Source of the DNA: Candidatus Thorarchaeota archaeon
Lineage (GTDB): Archaea > Asgardarchaeota > Thorarchaeia > Thorarchaeales > Thorarchaeaceae
Assembly (NCBI GenBank): GCA_019057475.1
Contig: DXJO01000006.1
Location: forward strand, 64,001 to 128,000
DNA: 64,000 nt
Direction of reading: 5' to 3'
Shown: piece by piece, positions 8,136-17,708 of the stretch
How the letters are laid out: each line of letters starts with the position of its first letter
Position numbering within the stretch: the stretch's first letter is position 1
Program-made: the position numbers and the translations under genes
Notes under the pieces: generated by a model
Told to the model about the DNA's origin: nothing
Databases searched by the model: none
What the model saw: the letters and a program-made list of their open reading frames with translations, nothing else

Positions 8136-9047
8136 TTATGCGCCTTTCCAGTACACTTGCAGCAGATCATCCTTGAACTCTGAACCATACTTGATGATGT
8201 CCATCGGATTAGCCACAATGAACGAGAATCGATAAACAACACATGCATTTGGAGCGGCCCACACTATATAGCTAGGACTTGTCAGGAACCTGGTTGTCCA
8301 ATTCTTACAGACATTTTCAAATGTAATTCGAAGATTCTGATGATCGAAATTCATATGGAAAGTCAGTTCGAAGGTGTAGCGATATGCTTCATCGTAGCCA
8401 GTCATGTCTTTGAGTCTATAGAGCGCTCTTCTCATTGAGCGCCTTACCGAGGAGTCCTCACCTGACTCCAGATCCTCATTCCTATCGATGAAATCTGACA
8501 TCTCGATGCGATAATTAGTGACCTCACTTGTTACAACCTTGCTATTGGGCACTAACTGAGTCGTTTCATCAGGCAACAGAACTTCCGTGTAATTGAGTGT
8601 AATCTCACGGACGATACCTTCGACACTTCCAATTTTCACGTAGTCTCCAACACGAAACGGTCTAGCGGCAAAGACATACAACCCACTGACGATATTTCCT
8701 AACGCCTGTGAGAATGCGAGACCTATCGCGGTTCCGAATAGTGTAGTTACTGATAGAATTGCAGCGAAACTGGATGAAAAGAAGCCTATAATGACCACGA
8801 CCATGGCTGCAAAGAGAACTAGTCTTGAAATCAGTACTATGCCGCTTGATGCCTCAGGTCCTACCCCCATAGCTGTCAAGGACCTGCGGAGAATCCGTGT
8901 TAAAATGAAGTATAGTAGAAATAGAATGACAAGTTGCAGTATCTGGAGCCAAAAATACTGGATGAATGCGACGGGATCAACAAACAGGTCCGGGATTGTT
9001 GTAGTTTCTTGCATGGCTGACTCCTCAGATGCCACGTTCCTGTTCAC
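8136..9047 (-). CDS. mscS: small-conductance mechanosensitive channel
   Basis: AIGLAFSQALGNIVSG...RPFRVGDYVKIG..EGIVREI...VPNS. The start may be the ATG at 9014. Confidence 0.85.
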   Translation of the reverse strand: MNRNVASEESAMQETTTIPDLFVDPVAFIQYFWLQILQLVILFLLYFILTRILRRSLTAMGVGPEASSGIVLISRLVLFAAMVVVIIGFFSSSFAAILSVTTLFGTAIGLAFSQALGNIVSGLYVFAARPFRVGDYVKIGSVEGIVREITLNYTEVLLPDETTQLVPNSKVVTSEVTNYRIEMSDFIDRNEDLESGEDSSVRRSMRRALYRLKDMTGYDEAYRYTFELTFHMNFDHQNLRITFENVCKNWTTRFLTSPSYIVWAAPNACVVYRFSFIVANPMDIIKYGSEFKDDLLQVYWKGA

Positions 9048-9272
9048 AGCTATTTGAATTGTGCTGAAGGGCAGCTCCAGTCTAAAGTTTCCTCTAATGG
9101 TTCAACGCTAGTCCATAATCAAGAATGTTTGCTCAGTCGGTACGCTTGCGAGAGATTTTACTCCTCCGTACTATACTACTAACACAGAAATACCAATTTG
9201 GCGCCTTTCAAAATAGCTAATCCAGAGGATTCGATAAACAATACAGAGTAGACCTAACGAGGTTTGACGGCC

Positions 9273-9797
9273 ATGGACGATAGAAGCTTCACTCGCATTT
9301 ACAAAATTGTAGTTGTTGGAAGCGGTGCCGTTGGAAAGACCTCTCTCATCTTGCGATTCACTACGGGCGCTTTCCGTGAAACTTACCTACAGACTCTGGG
9401 CGCAGGGTTCGCGTTCAAGAATTTAGATGTGGATAATCGACTGGTAAAGCTGCAAATTTGGGACCTCGCAGGTCAACCCGAGATGAAGAAGGTTCGTAGC
9501 AACTTCTACACTGGGGCCAGCGGAGTCATCTTCATTTACGATGTGACGCGCCGTGAAACATTTGATGAGATGCTGGGCTGGAAGACAGAGGCTGACACCC
9601 ATGCCCAAGGAAGCATTTCTCTCCTTGTGGCGAATAAGACCGATATGGTGCAAGACAGAGCCGTTACAGAGGCTGAAGGAAGAGAGCTCGCTGGGGAATT
9701 CGGCTGGAACTACATTGAAACCTCGGTCAAGTTGAATGAGAACGTTGGTGATGTTTTCAAAATCGTAACTCGCGAAATAATGAGAGCGATTGATTGA
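9273..9797 (+). CDS. Rab/Ras-like small GTPase (eukaryotic signature protein)
   Basis: G1 GSGAVGKTS, G2 T, G3 KLQIWDLAGQ, G4 NKTD, G5 ETSVK. No C-terminal Cys motif. Confidence 0.92.
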   Translation: MDDRSFTRIYKIVVVGSGAVGKTSLILRFTTGAFRETYLQTLGAGFAFKNLDVDNRLVKLQIWDLAGQPEMKKVRSNFYTGASGVIFIYDVTRRETFDEMLGWKTEADTHAQGSISLLVANKTDMVQDRAVTEAEGRELAGEFGWNYIETSVKLNENVGDVFKIVTREIMRAID

Positions 9798-9878
9798 GCT
9801 CTAACTATTACTCGGAAGAAAGATAACGTTTCATTCACAGAGCACTCCAAGCAGACTGGGGATTTACCGGTGGACTAA

Positions 9879-11312
9879 ATGCCTACGGAAAAAAATAGAG
9901 ATCAATTTCATCTCATCGTTGACAAGTTGCCAGTGGGTATACTGATCGTTGGCAAAAAAGGAATCATCTATGCGAATAAGAAGTTCCACAAGATATCAGC
10001 GGTGTCAGGAGACCTTCTCGGTAGAACAATCGGTGATGCTCTTCTTGCCGCCCTTCCTGGTGAGGTTGAAGCTCTTGAGAAGAAGGTGAATGCTCACCTT
10101 TCAAAGAAATCCAAGCGAACGCAATCAGTTGTTCTTCAGTGGAATGACCGTAAGAGCCGTCCCCGTTTCTTCGATGTGTTTCTGCAGACGATGGATTTCA
10201 AAGGGCAGACCGCCGTTCAGCTCGCATTCACTGATACAACCTTGCTCAGGAGCTCAGAGGTCAAATTGAGAGAACAGTACGAAACGCTTCAGCGCTATCT
10301 GGATATAGCCGGAGCCGCAATAGTTGTCCTAGACGCGTTTGGAAAAGTCACTTTCACCAATCGCAAGGCGACCGAGCTGCTCGGGTACTCGGGATCAGAG
10401 TTTGTGGGCCTGGACTGGTTCGAAACGATTATTCCTCCGCGAATTAGGCTTGAGATGAGGAGTGTCTTCCAGACTATTATTGCAGGTGAGGTTGAAACAA
10501 TCGAATATTACAACAATCCGGTGCTCACGAAACGTGGTGTGGAGAGGATAGTATCGTGGCGAGACACTGCTCTATCTGACAAAGATGGAAACATCATTGG
10601 CGTGCTCAGCTCCGGAATTGATATCACGGAGAGTCAAAGGGCTGCGTCAGAGCTTAAGGCTGCAGTTGAAACATCGATGTTGTATCTAGACCTGATGGGG
10701 CATGACATACGCAACCAACTGCAGGCCATCACCATGAGTGCAGATTTGCTCAAGGACATGGCGCAAGGGCCTGAAGGAGGACGGCTTCTTGAGTATGTTA
10801 TTAGCGCGGCAGATGTTTGTGATGCGCTGATTGACAAAGTCCATGCTACAGAACATCTTCTCTCTGTGCCCCTTGGTGATGTTTCCTTGAAGGAAACTTT
10901 AGAGCAGACATTGGATTTATTCCGTAGAAAGCACCGCAAAGTCAAGGTGATGGTCGACTACGGCGGACTTGACCCAGTTGTTCGTGCGGATCCATATCTT
11001 GAAAATCTATTGAGGGAACTTTTAGAGAATGCAGTCAAACATAATCCCAAAGAAAAGAAACAGGTATGGATCTGCATTGGACAAAGGGACGATGGCTTTA
11101 GAATCGCGATTTCGGATGATGGCCCCGGGATGTCCGAGAAGATGAAACTCTCTCTCTTCGATCTAGAGAAGCGACTTGGAGGTGTTGGAGCACAACAAGT
11201 CAAGCATATTGTCGACAAGTATCGTGGTCATATTGTCGTTGTGGACCGCGTAGAAGATGAACCTAAGCAGGGCGTGGAAATTCGAGTCTGGCTGCCAGGC
11301 TCTAAGCATTAG
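9879..11312 (+). CDS. cytoplasmic PAS-PAS histidine kinase
   Basis: Two PAS domains, H box LYLDLMGHDIRNQL, N box ELLENAVKH, G1 DDGPG. Confidence 0.88.
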   Translation: MPTEKNRDQFHLIVDKLPVGILIVGKKGIIYANKKFHKISAVSGDLLGRTIGDALLAALPGEVEALEKKVNAHLSKKSKRTQSVVLQWNDRKSRPRFFDVFLQTMDFKGQTAVQLAFTDTTLLRSSEVKLREQYETLQRYLDIAGAAIVVLDAFGKVTFTNRKATELLGYSGSEFVGLDWFETIIPPRIRLEMRSVFQTIIAGEVETIEYYNNPVLTKRGVERIVSWRDTALSDKDGNIIGVLSSGIDITESQRAASELKAAVETSMLYLDLMGHDIRNQLQAITMSADLLKDMAQGPEGGRLLEYVISAADVCDALIDKVHATEHLLSVPLGDVSLKETLEQTLDLFRRKHRKVKVMVDYGGLDPVVRADPYLENLLRELLENAVKHNPKEKKQVWICIGQRDDGFRIAISDDGPGMSEKMKLSLFDLEKRLGGVGAQQVKHIVDKYRGHIVVVDRVEDEPKQGVEIRVWLPGSKH

Positions 11313-11327
11313 ATGAGTTCTCAGCAC

Positions 11328-12767
11328 CTACTCTGTGCTGAATACCAGCGTCTTTACCACAACGGGAACAACAACCCCCTCGATTATGGGCTCTCCTATA
11401 TCCACGAAATCACCTTCGTCAAGGGAAATTTCATCGATGCAAAGTATCTCGTTCGCGATGCCGGTCTCCCTCTTCATGACATTTCCCACACTATTACCAA
11501 TGTCAGTGTCAAAACACATGAGAATTGATTTCCCAGTTCTTACAGTGGTGGGCAATGCTGCAACAACTCCTTCTGAAAATGACGCAAGATTCTCATATGA
11601 GGGTCTAACTGCGTCCTTGAACGCTAGAATCAACGGGTTTAGGCCTTCCTGAATATCGAATCTCTCAAGTGCTTTCATAATGGCTCTTTTGATTTCCTCG
11701 GAAGTTTGCTTTCCTTTTGGGATGTGAGGAACGACCACAGGCAGATTGCGCAGAGGGTACTCGAGTCCCGCAGAAAGGAAAGTTGTTGAGCCACTTACTT
11801 GCAGGCTGCTTTGTCCAGCACCTATAACGGTGGCCCTAATCTTATGCTCCGGTTCGTGCAAAGGCATACCGCGCTCTGTTACCTTCGCTCGGATTTCATC
11901 AGCAAGTGTGCGACCGAGATCATTAAACTCCCGAGTTTCAGTTTCGTAGATGTACTCAGCGACGCCTCCTGAGAAAGTCAGCTCGTCGATCTTCTGTGCT
12001 GCATCTAAGGGCGGAGTCATCATGAGCATTCTGGTAATGTTCGACTTGGGGGGCCCTTGCAAGGCTTCTACAAGAGACTCTGCGAGAGATGAAGCAAGTC
12101 TTCCCTGAGTATCAGCATCAATTCTTTGGCCAATGCTGAGATTAATTCCAAGTTGTTCAGCAACCTTGCGACCGGTTTCCTCAAGCCGGACAAGTGTCCC
12201 GCTGTCATCAGTTGCCAGCAACCTGCTTCCTACATTTATCGCAGCGGTCTGAACAATTCGTCCTTCTTGGCATATTGAGATGTTCGAAGAACCGCCACCG
12301 ACATCAACATTCATGATTGTAAGACCACTGTTCTCAGACCTTAGTACGGCGCCTGCTCCATACGCAGCTAGTACTGCCTCGAAGTTTGGTCCTGCAGTTG
12401 CTGCCACAAACTTGCCGGTTTCTCCCGCCAAGGCTTTTACAATCTGTTCTGCGTTTTGCTTTTTGGCTGATTCGCCCGTTATGATGACTGCACCAGTGTC
12501 TATCTCTGATACCTTGATTCCCGCCGCAGCATAATCTCTAAGGAACAAATCTCTGAGGGCTACAAGGTCTATTGTATCGGCATCGCTGAATGGTGTTAGG
12601 TGAATTGGTCCTGAGTGAAGGATCTTTCGCTCCTTGATTCTGAACTTCTCAGACTTGCTTTGCGCGTCCTTCTCAAGGAGTATACTGCTAAAAATGATGT
12701 GCGATGTTGAGGAGCCAATGTCAACCCCCACGCTTGTGAGTAGCTTCTGTGTGGTTTTGACAAACAC
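11328..12767 (-). CDS. eutA: ethanolamine ammonia-lyase reactivase EutA-like ATPase
   Basis: SVGVDIGSSTS, TGAVIITGESAKKQNA, FVAATAGPNFEAVLA, DVGGGSSN, IRATVIGAG, DIGEP..GVVVPVVVKTLVF. Confidence 0.88.
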   Translation of the reverse strand: MFVKTTQKLLTSVGVDIGSSTSHIIFSSILLEKDAQSKSEKFRIKERKILHSGPIHLTPFSDADTIDLVALRDLFLRDYAAAGIKVSEIDTGAVIITGESAKKQNAEQIVKALAGETGKFVAATAGPNFEAVLAAYGAGAVLRSENSGLTIMNVDVGGGSSNISICQEGRIVQTAAINVGSRLLATDDSGTLVRLEETGRKVAEQLGINLSIGQRIDADTQGRLASSLAESLVEALQGPPKSNITRMLMMTPPLDAAQKIDELTFSGGVAEYIYETETREFNDLGRTLADEIRAKVTERGMPLHEPEHKIRATVIGAGQSSLQVSGSTTFLSAGLEYPLRNLPVVVPHIPKGKQTSEEIKRAIMKALERFDIQEGLNPLILAFKDAVRPSYENLASFSEGVVAALPTTVRTGKSILMCFDTDIGNSVGNVMKRETGIANEILCIDEISLDEGDFVDIGEPIIEGVVVPVVVKTLVFSTE

Positions 12768-12879
12768 TCTAGAATCGGTGCCTCCTTAGAACTGGCACGA
12801 AGTTCATCAGCCTTTTAGGTTTGCGATTGGAGCTACATTGACTTGCTTCATATCGATGTCTTCATAATGCAATCGTCCA

Positions 12880-13404
12880 ATGGAAACGCGATCAATCATG
12901 GACGTTCTGGAAGCGATTCAGAATCGAAGGAGCATTCGTTCCTACCTCGCTAAAGAGGTTGAAGAGGAGAAAGTCAATATCATTCTGGAGGCCGGTCGAT
13001 GGGCGCCTTCAGCATCCAATAAGCAAGCCTGGCATTTTATTGTTGTACGTGACCTTGAAATTCGCAAGAAGCTTGCAAAGGCGCATCCTTACGGCAGATG
13101 GATGGACCAGTCGCCGGTTGTGATTGTTGTATTGGGTGACCCAGAGAAACATCCCAAGTACCACCTGTGTGACCCTCACAACGCAGTTCAAAACATGCTA
13201 CTTGCCGCCTTCTCGCTTGGCTTGGGCACCTGTTGGATGGGCGTAAGAGATGCTTCCATAGAACCCGAATTCCGCGAGATCCTGGATATCCCTGAGAACT
13301 TGAGGGTTGTTTGCGCAGTTTCCGTTGGGTACAGTGACGTGGATAGAAGCAGCTCGAGACAACCGATTGAGAACATTGTATCGCGGGATAAGTTTGGCAA
13401 ATAG
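12880..13404 (+). CDS. nitroreductase family flavoprotein
   Basis: RRSIRSY, APSASNKQAW and QNMLLAA..LGLGTCW. Probable start at 12898. Confidence 0.9.
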   Translation: METRSIMDVLEAIQNRRSIRSYLAKEVEEEKVNIILEAGRWAPSASNKQAWHFIVVRDLEIRKKLAKAHPYGRWMDQSPVVIVVLGDPEKHPKYHLCDPHNAVQNMLLAAFSLGLGTCWMGVRDASIEPEFREILDIPENLRVVCAVSVGYSDVDRSSSRQPIENIVSRDKFGK

Positions 13405-13461
13405 CCAGCTTGCCTGACTTGCTAATAACTCAACCAACGAAACCTTAGGCTGGGTGAAATT

Positions 13462-13863
13462 ATGAATGGAGAAAAAGATTTAGAAATCCTCCTGCGCTCC
13501 ATGCGTCCAAAGCTCTCCGAAATCCAGTTTGTTTTCTGTAACATCTTGCGGGACAAGCTCACCACTCTGAAGATGGAGCCGCTATTTGTATTCAGGGAAG
13601 AAGAAGGCGCTACAATCATCATTGAAAAACGGCAAGCAGATTCAGAATCCTTGGACTACGAGGATGTCTGGTCCTGGATTGCACTAACTGTTCACTCCAG
13701 CCTTTCTGCCATTGGTTTTCTCGCGGCCATCACAGCCAAGCTATCTGAAAATCGCATCAGTGTGAACGTTGTATCAGCTTACTTCCACGACCATCTCTTT
13801 GTGCCCCAAGAAAAGGCACGCTTGGCGATGCAGGTGTTGGATGACCTCCAGAGACGTAAATAA
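13462..13863 (+). CDS. ACT-domain protein (DUF2241/ACT_3-ACT_7 type)
   Basis: MNGEKDL..LL..M.P.L, FREEEG.T.I, LTVHSSL.AIG and SAYFHDHLFVP. Confidence 0.85.
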   Translation: MNGEKDLEILLRSMRPKLSEIQFVFCNILRDKLTTLKMEPLFVFREEEGATIIIEKRQADSESLDYEDVWSWIALTVHSSLSAIGFLAAITAKLSENRISVNVVSAYFHDHLFVPQEKARLAMQVLDDLQRRK

Positions 13864-13931
13864 CTAGGATTAGTAACACAGATATGCATAAAGAGCACAT
13901 TCAAGTTTGGGATTGAGGTGTTGGGTTCGTA

Positions 13932-14558
13932 TTGAGGCAAGGACGTTCGAGATTCATTCCATTCATAGTTCTTATTGTGATTCTTTTAGTCCCATGCTGC
14001 GCACAAGCTGGTGTTGCAGTGGACATCTGGCTCGATGAAGATGAACTCTACGAGATAGTCATTATGGCCAGCGTGGGTGATATAATCGCGGGGAACTACA
14101 CTGTTGTGGATGCGACCGGCAGTGCACCAATCATGCTGCTAGTTCTGGATTCCGAACACTTCTCGGATTGGGTGAATGGTTCAGTCTACGTGCCCCACGT
14201 ATACAGATATGGCATGTCGGGCGATTTTAGCTTTCCTGTCCCATATGCTGACACGTGGTATGTCGTGTTTTGGAATGATCCAGTCAATTCTGGAGCCAAA
14301 CATGTAGTCGGAAACGTTGACCACTTGATTGACGTTATAACAACCACAACCATCACAAACAGTCCCATTCCTATTGACATGGATGAGAGTCTTACGAGTC
14401 AGCTTTGGATTATCATTATTGGGGCACTAGGAGTGGTGGCGGCTGCGTTCATTGTGTTGATTTTGTTTATTCGACGGAGCGAGGACACAGAATACGTTTC
14501 GCGGTACGACCTGCCTAGGTCCGAAGGAGGCATCTTTCCATCGACAGACTCAGATTGA
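13932..14558 (+). CDS. type I membrane protein with GOLD/emp24-like beta domain
   Basis: Signal peptide, GNYTV...GDFSFPVP..DTWYVVFWN, Thr-rich stalk, C-terminal TM and short tail. Confidence 0.55.
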   Translation: MRQGRSRFIPFIVLIVILLVPCCAQAGVAVDIWLDEDELYEIVIMASVGDIIAGNYTVVDATGSAPIMLLVLDSEHFSDWVNGSVYVPHVYRYGMSGDFSFPVPYADTWYVVFWNDPVNSGAKHVVGNVDHLIDVITTTTITNSPIPIDMDESLTSQLWIIIIGALGVVAAAFIVLILFIRRSEDTEYVSRYDLPRSEGGIFPSTDSD

Positions 14559-15050
14559 AACGTCAGCTTTCTCAGCCCTCTTTCCACTTAAGTACTCAAT
14601 ATCGATTCTGCCGATGCCCAGTTTTTGAACTGCACTATCCTTGACCTTTGCTGCAATAACCTTTGAGGGATTATCTTCTAGGCACTCTATCATAACACGT
14701 AGTGCGTGTTTCTTTTCCACCAAGTCATCAATGAATGTGACTCTTCCCTTGAACTGAACGGCAGCGAAGATATGGTCACAGTCACCTTGGACATACCCTT
14801 TGTCAAGAAGAGCTTGACCCCAGACAACGCTGTTGGAATTCAGGATATCTATCTTCTTGCCCTCTTTAGCGCAGTGGAAGTAGATGCAATGGCGTTCTCG
14901 ATCGTAACCGTGGCTCAATGTGACAAGATATGGCTCGTTGTCTGAACACATAGCTATTGTCACGTATTGTACCGACTCGAGTATCTCAATCATCTCATTC
15001 CTATCAGTAATCGCCCTTTCTCTTCTTCTGATTTCTCGCAATAGATACAC
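14550..15050 (-). CDS. pyridoxamine 5'-phosphate oxidase-like (NimA family) flavin-binding protein
   Basis: IRRRERAI, PYLVTLSHGY, IYFHCAKEGKK.DIL, ending SGK. Confidence 0.82.
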   Translation of the reverse strand: MYLLREIRRRERAITDRNEMIEILESVQYVTIAMCSDNEPYLVTLSHGYDRERHCIYFHCAKEGKKIDILNSNSVVWGQALLDKGYVQGDCDHIFAAVQFKGRVTFIDDLVEKKHALRVMIECLEDNPSKVIAAKVKDSAVQKLGIGRIDIEYLSGKRAEKADVSI

Positions 15051-15188
15051 CCAGTACTAAGCTTGATTGAGGCCCTCGTAAGGTTCGAAGTGGTCATAAA
15101 GCTCGTGGCTATTACGCATGTGTGTCTTGCAGCTCCAAGTATTGCTCAGTTCGACGACATTCTGGTTTCAGTTGAATTGTCACACTGT

Positions 15189-15299
15189 TTATGGTGTGCG
15201 TGCTAGGTGAGCTTTATGCGGCAAAAAATAGTAAGCCACCGTCAATAGCAGCAAAGATTCCACAATCACGAACAGGGTTACAGTTTCCAAGAGCCACAT
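15189..15299 (-). CDS. putative 36-aa single-TM microprotein (not in ORF track)
   Basis: MWLLETVTLFVIVESLLLLTVAYYFLPHKAHLARTP*. Preceded by a promoter-like motif (15370-15389) duplicated in front of the next gene (15080-15102). Confidence 0.35.
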   Translation of the reverse strand: MWLLETVTLFVIVESLLLLTVAYYFLPHKAHLARTP

Positions 15300-15544
15300 T
15301 TCCTAGACCTTCCATGTAATAGTTGTCCCGAGTGTAGAAAAGGTCTGAGCATATGCATCATATGAAGTGAAGGTTGAAGTGGTTAAAGCATTTGCTGCAT
15401 ATACGGATTTGTACTAGCATTAGCAGCAAGAGTGGAAGTCTAGTTGGGTTTCTCCAATTCGGGCATCACTCAATCAGGATAAGCTTCATAATGCTGTTTC
15501 CGCGAAAAGCGAATACGACACGTTAACTGCTGAAGTGATACGCG

Positions 15545-16357
15545 ATGGATATTGGAGCATCTTTCTATGCGGGTTGTGAGATACCATTCGATCAGTTCCT
15601 TAGCATGTGTAGTAACCTAGGTATGAGCTATGTTGAGATTCAGACTGAACATCCCTACACACCTTCCGAGATGAACAGGAAACATGTCAATGAAGTCAGG
15701 GAACTTGCGAACACCTGCGGTCTCAACATCATCCTTCATGGCTCCCTGTTCGACACAAATCTGTCTAGCCTCAAGGAATGCATTAGAAGGGCATCAGTGA
15801 AGTTCATGCAGGAATGTGTTGAGCTAGCTAGCAAGTTAGGTGCCAATTTGCTAGTTGTACACGCCGGCTCATTTCCCGGAGACTTTCCAAATAATCTGAT
15901 GAATAAAGCCCGCGATCAACTCCATAGCAGTTTCTCTGAATTAACCAAGGTCGCTATGAACTCTGGAGTGACAATCGGCGTAGAAAATAAGCAAAAATCT
16001 GAAGATCGAGAACTGGTTCTGTATCCAGATGAACACCTTGAGGTTGTTGAGGCATTTCGTGATCAAGGGGCTAGGGCAGTTCTAGACATCGGGCATGCTC
16101 ACACTGCTAATAGCGACCTGGCGAACTATACACACCTACTTAATGACCTGAATATCGAGTTGCACCTTCATGATAACAACGGGATTTCTGACGACCATCT
16201 CCTTCTTGGTGGAGGAAGCATTGACTTCGAAAGCTTCTTTGAGGTAGTCAGAAGCATTGGTTTTACTGGCCCGGCGATTCTTGAGTTAAAGAATAGACCT
16301 GACCTAGAGTCCAGTATGGGATTCCTCCGTAAGAATGGTATCCCATGTACGCGATGA
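15545..16357 (+). CDS. sugar phosphate isomerase/epimerase (AP endonuclease 2 TIM barrel)
   Basis: VVHAG, GVEN, LDIGHA, HLHDNNG..DDH and ILE metal ligands. Confidence 0.85.
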   Translation: MDIGASFYAGCEIPFDQFLSMCSNLGMSYVEIQTEHPYTPSEMNRKHVNEVRELANTCGLNIILHGSLFDTNLSSLKECIRRASVKFMQECVELASKLGANLLVVHAGSFPGDFPNNLMNKARDQLHSSFSELTKVAMNSGVTIGVENKQKSEDRELVLYPDEHLEVVEAFRDQGARAVLDIGHAHTANSDLANYTHLLNDLNIELHLHDNNGISDDHLLLGGGSIDFESFFEVVRSIGFTGPAILELKNRPDLESSMGFLRKNGIPCTR

Positions 16358-16363
16358 CGGATG

Positions 16364-16621
16364 CTAGGCTTGCTTAGCTTTGCTGGCAGCCAAGCGCCAC
16401 ATCATAACACCATCAACGATACGGTAGACTGAGTGAACGAATGCGAAGAATATCACTCCGAGAAGGAACACTATCATCCCCCCGCCCGAAGGTCCAAAGT
16501 CTGGGCCCACATCAGTTAGGTAAATCAAGAGACCTAAGGCCGCCAGAAACTGAAGAAAAGCCAAGATGATTTGGAAGAGCAAGCGGATAATTGAAGCACT
16601 AGTTTCTTTCAAAGCGCTCAC
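16364..16621 (-). CDS. small two-TM hypothetical protein
   Basis: Two hydrophobic segments; fills the gap between neighbouring genes. Confidence 0.55.
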   Translation of the reverse strand: MSALKETSASIIRLLFQIILAFLQFLAALGLLIYLTDVGPDFGPSGGGMIVFLLGVIFFAFVHSVYRIVDGVMMWRLAASKAKQA

Positions 16622-16754
16622 CTGCGTGACTTACATTTCAGTATGTGATGTGGGCCTATAAGTTTAGTCAACAAATGAATTAAACATCACGAAACGCAGA
16701 ACAAGTGGCATTTTACAACGAACGTTTTTGAGGGGCCTATCTGGGTGATGGAGT

Positions 16755-17642
16755 CTAATCTTTCGTCTTGATGTAATATGCGCTGAAGATGATTATAGGT
16801 AACACTATGGTGAAGAATACGGCTAGAACAATATGTAATGGGTTCGAGAACGGATCCGGTTTGTACGTGGAAACTTCATACTGCGCCGCCCAGAATGTGA
16901 CGTAGTTATCGTCCAGTTCGCTGATTAGGAATTCCCATCGTATTGTTTCAGTTTCGTTTTCCACCATGAGATCTTCATAGTTTTCTGGTTCGAAACCGTG
17001 CTCCAACAGATTTGCATGGTTCGTCAAATCCATTTGGATAACTTGATGGGTATTTCCATCCCAGCTGCGCGCAGAACCTATACAGTAGGCGAATGTGAAG
17101 TTGTGAGCATTGGAATGAAGCGTGATGTCCGCCTCAACACTGACAACGAGCGTTGAGTTGGGAGGCATTTCAAGTGAGAATATTGCGAATTGATTGCTGC
17201 CGAGCCAAAGCCAATCCGACGCATCAAAATCATAGGTGTCCAAAAGGTCTGCCCACTCCATGACAGAGAAATCGATTTCAGAACCATTTATGCTGATCCC
17301 AAAAGACTTGAACTCCGCTTCCGGCTGGGAGCACAAGCCCCATTCACTTGGGTATACAAATGCGGTGGTGAAATTCTGTCCGGTAACGGTCTGCAGTAGG
17401 AACTGACAGGACACATTGATGATGTAACAGAAGCCATCTTCCACAACAATGCCTATGTCGACGTACGCTTCAGGCATTGAAACGTTTGAACCAAAGCATA
17501 AGCCCGAACCTATGTTCACTTGGTCAGAGACAGGAATTTCGATTACGATTGGGTCTGCTCTAACATGTAGACCTTCAACTGCTATTTGAAACTGGAAGAA
17601 AAGGGCCCAGAGAACTATTGCAGCAATGCAATGCCGTTTCAC
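16755..17642 (-). CDS. secreted, C-terminally anchored beta-rich protein of unknown function
   Basis: Signal peptide, acidic beta-rich body and C-terminal TM. Confidence 0.65.
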   Translation of the reverse strand: MKRHCIAAIVLWALFFQFQIAVEGLHVRADPIVIEIPVSDQVNIGSGLCFGSNVSMPEAYVDIGIVVEDGFCYIINVSCQFLLQTVTGQNFTTAFVYPSEWGLCSQPEAEFKSFGISINGSEIDFSVMEWADLLDTYDFDASDWLWLGSNQFAIFSLEMPPNSTLVVSVEADITLHSNAHNFTFAYCIGSARSWDGNTHQVIQMDLTNHANLLEHGFEPENYEDLMVENETETIRWEFLISELDDNYVTFWAAQYEVSTYKPDPFSNPLHIVLAVFFTIVLPIIIFSAYYIKTKD

Positions 17643-17708
17643 CAGATTTGCCCACCCTTACGAGATGGTTATGTCCACACTGGCTTATCAGCGTTATTGT
17701 GTCTTGGC

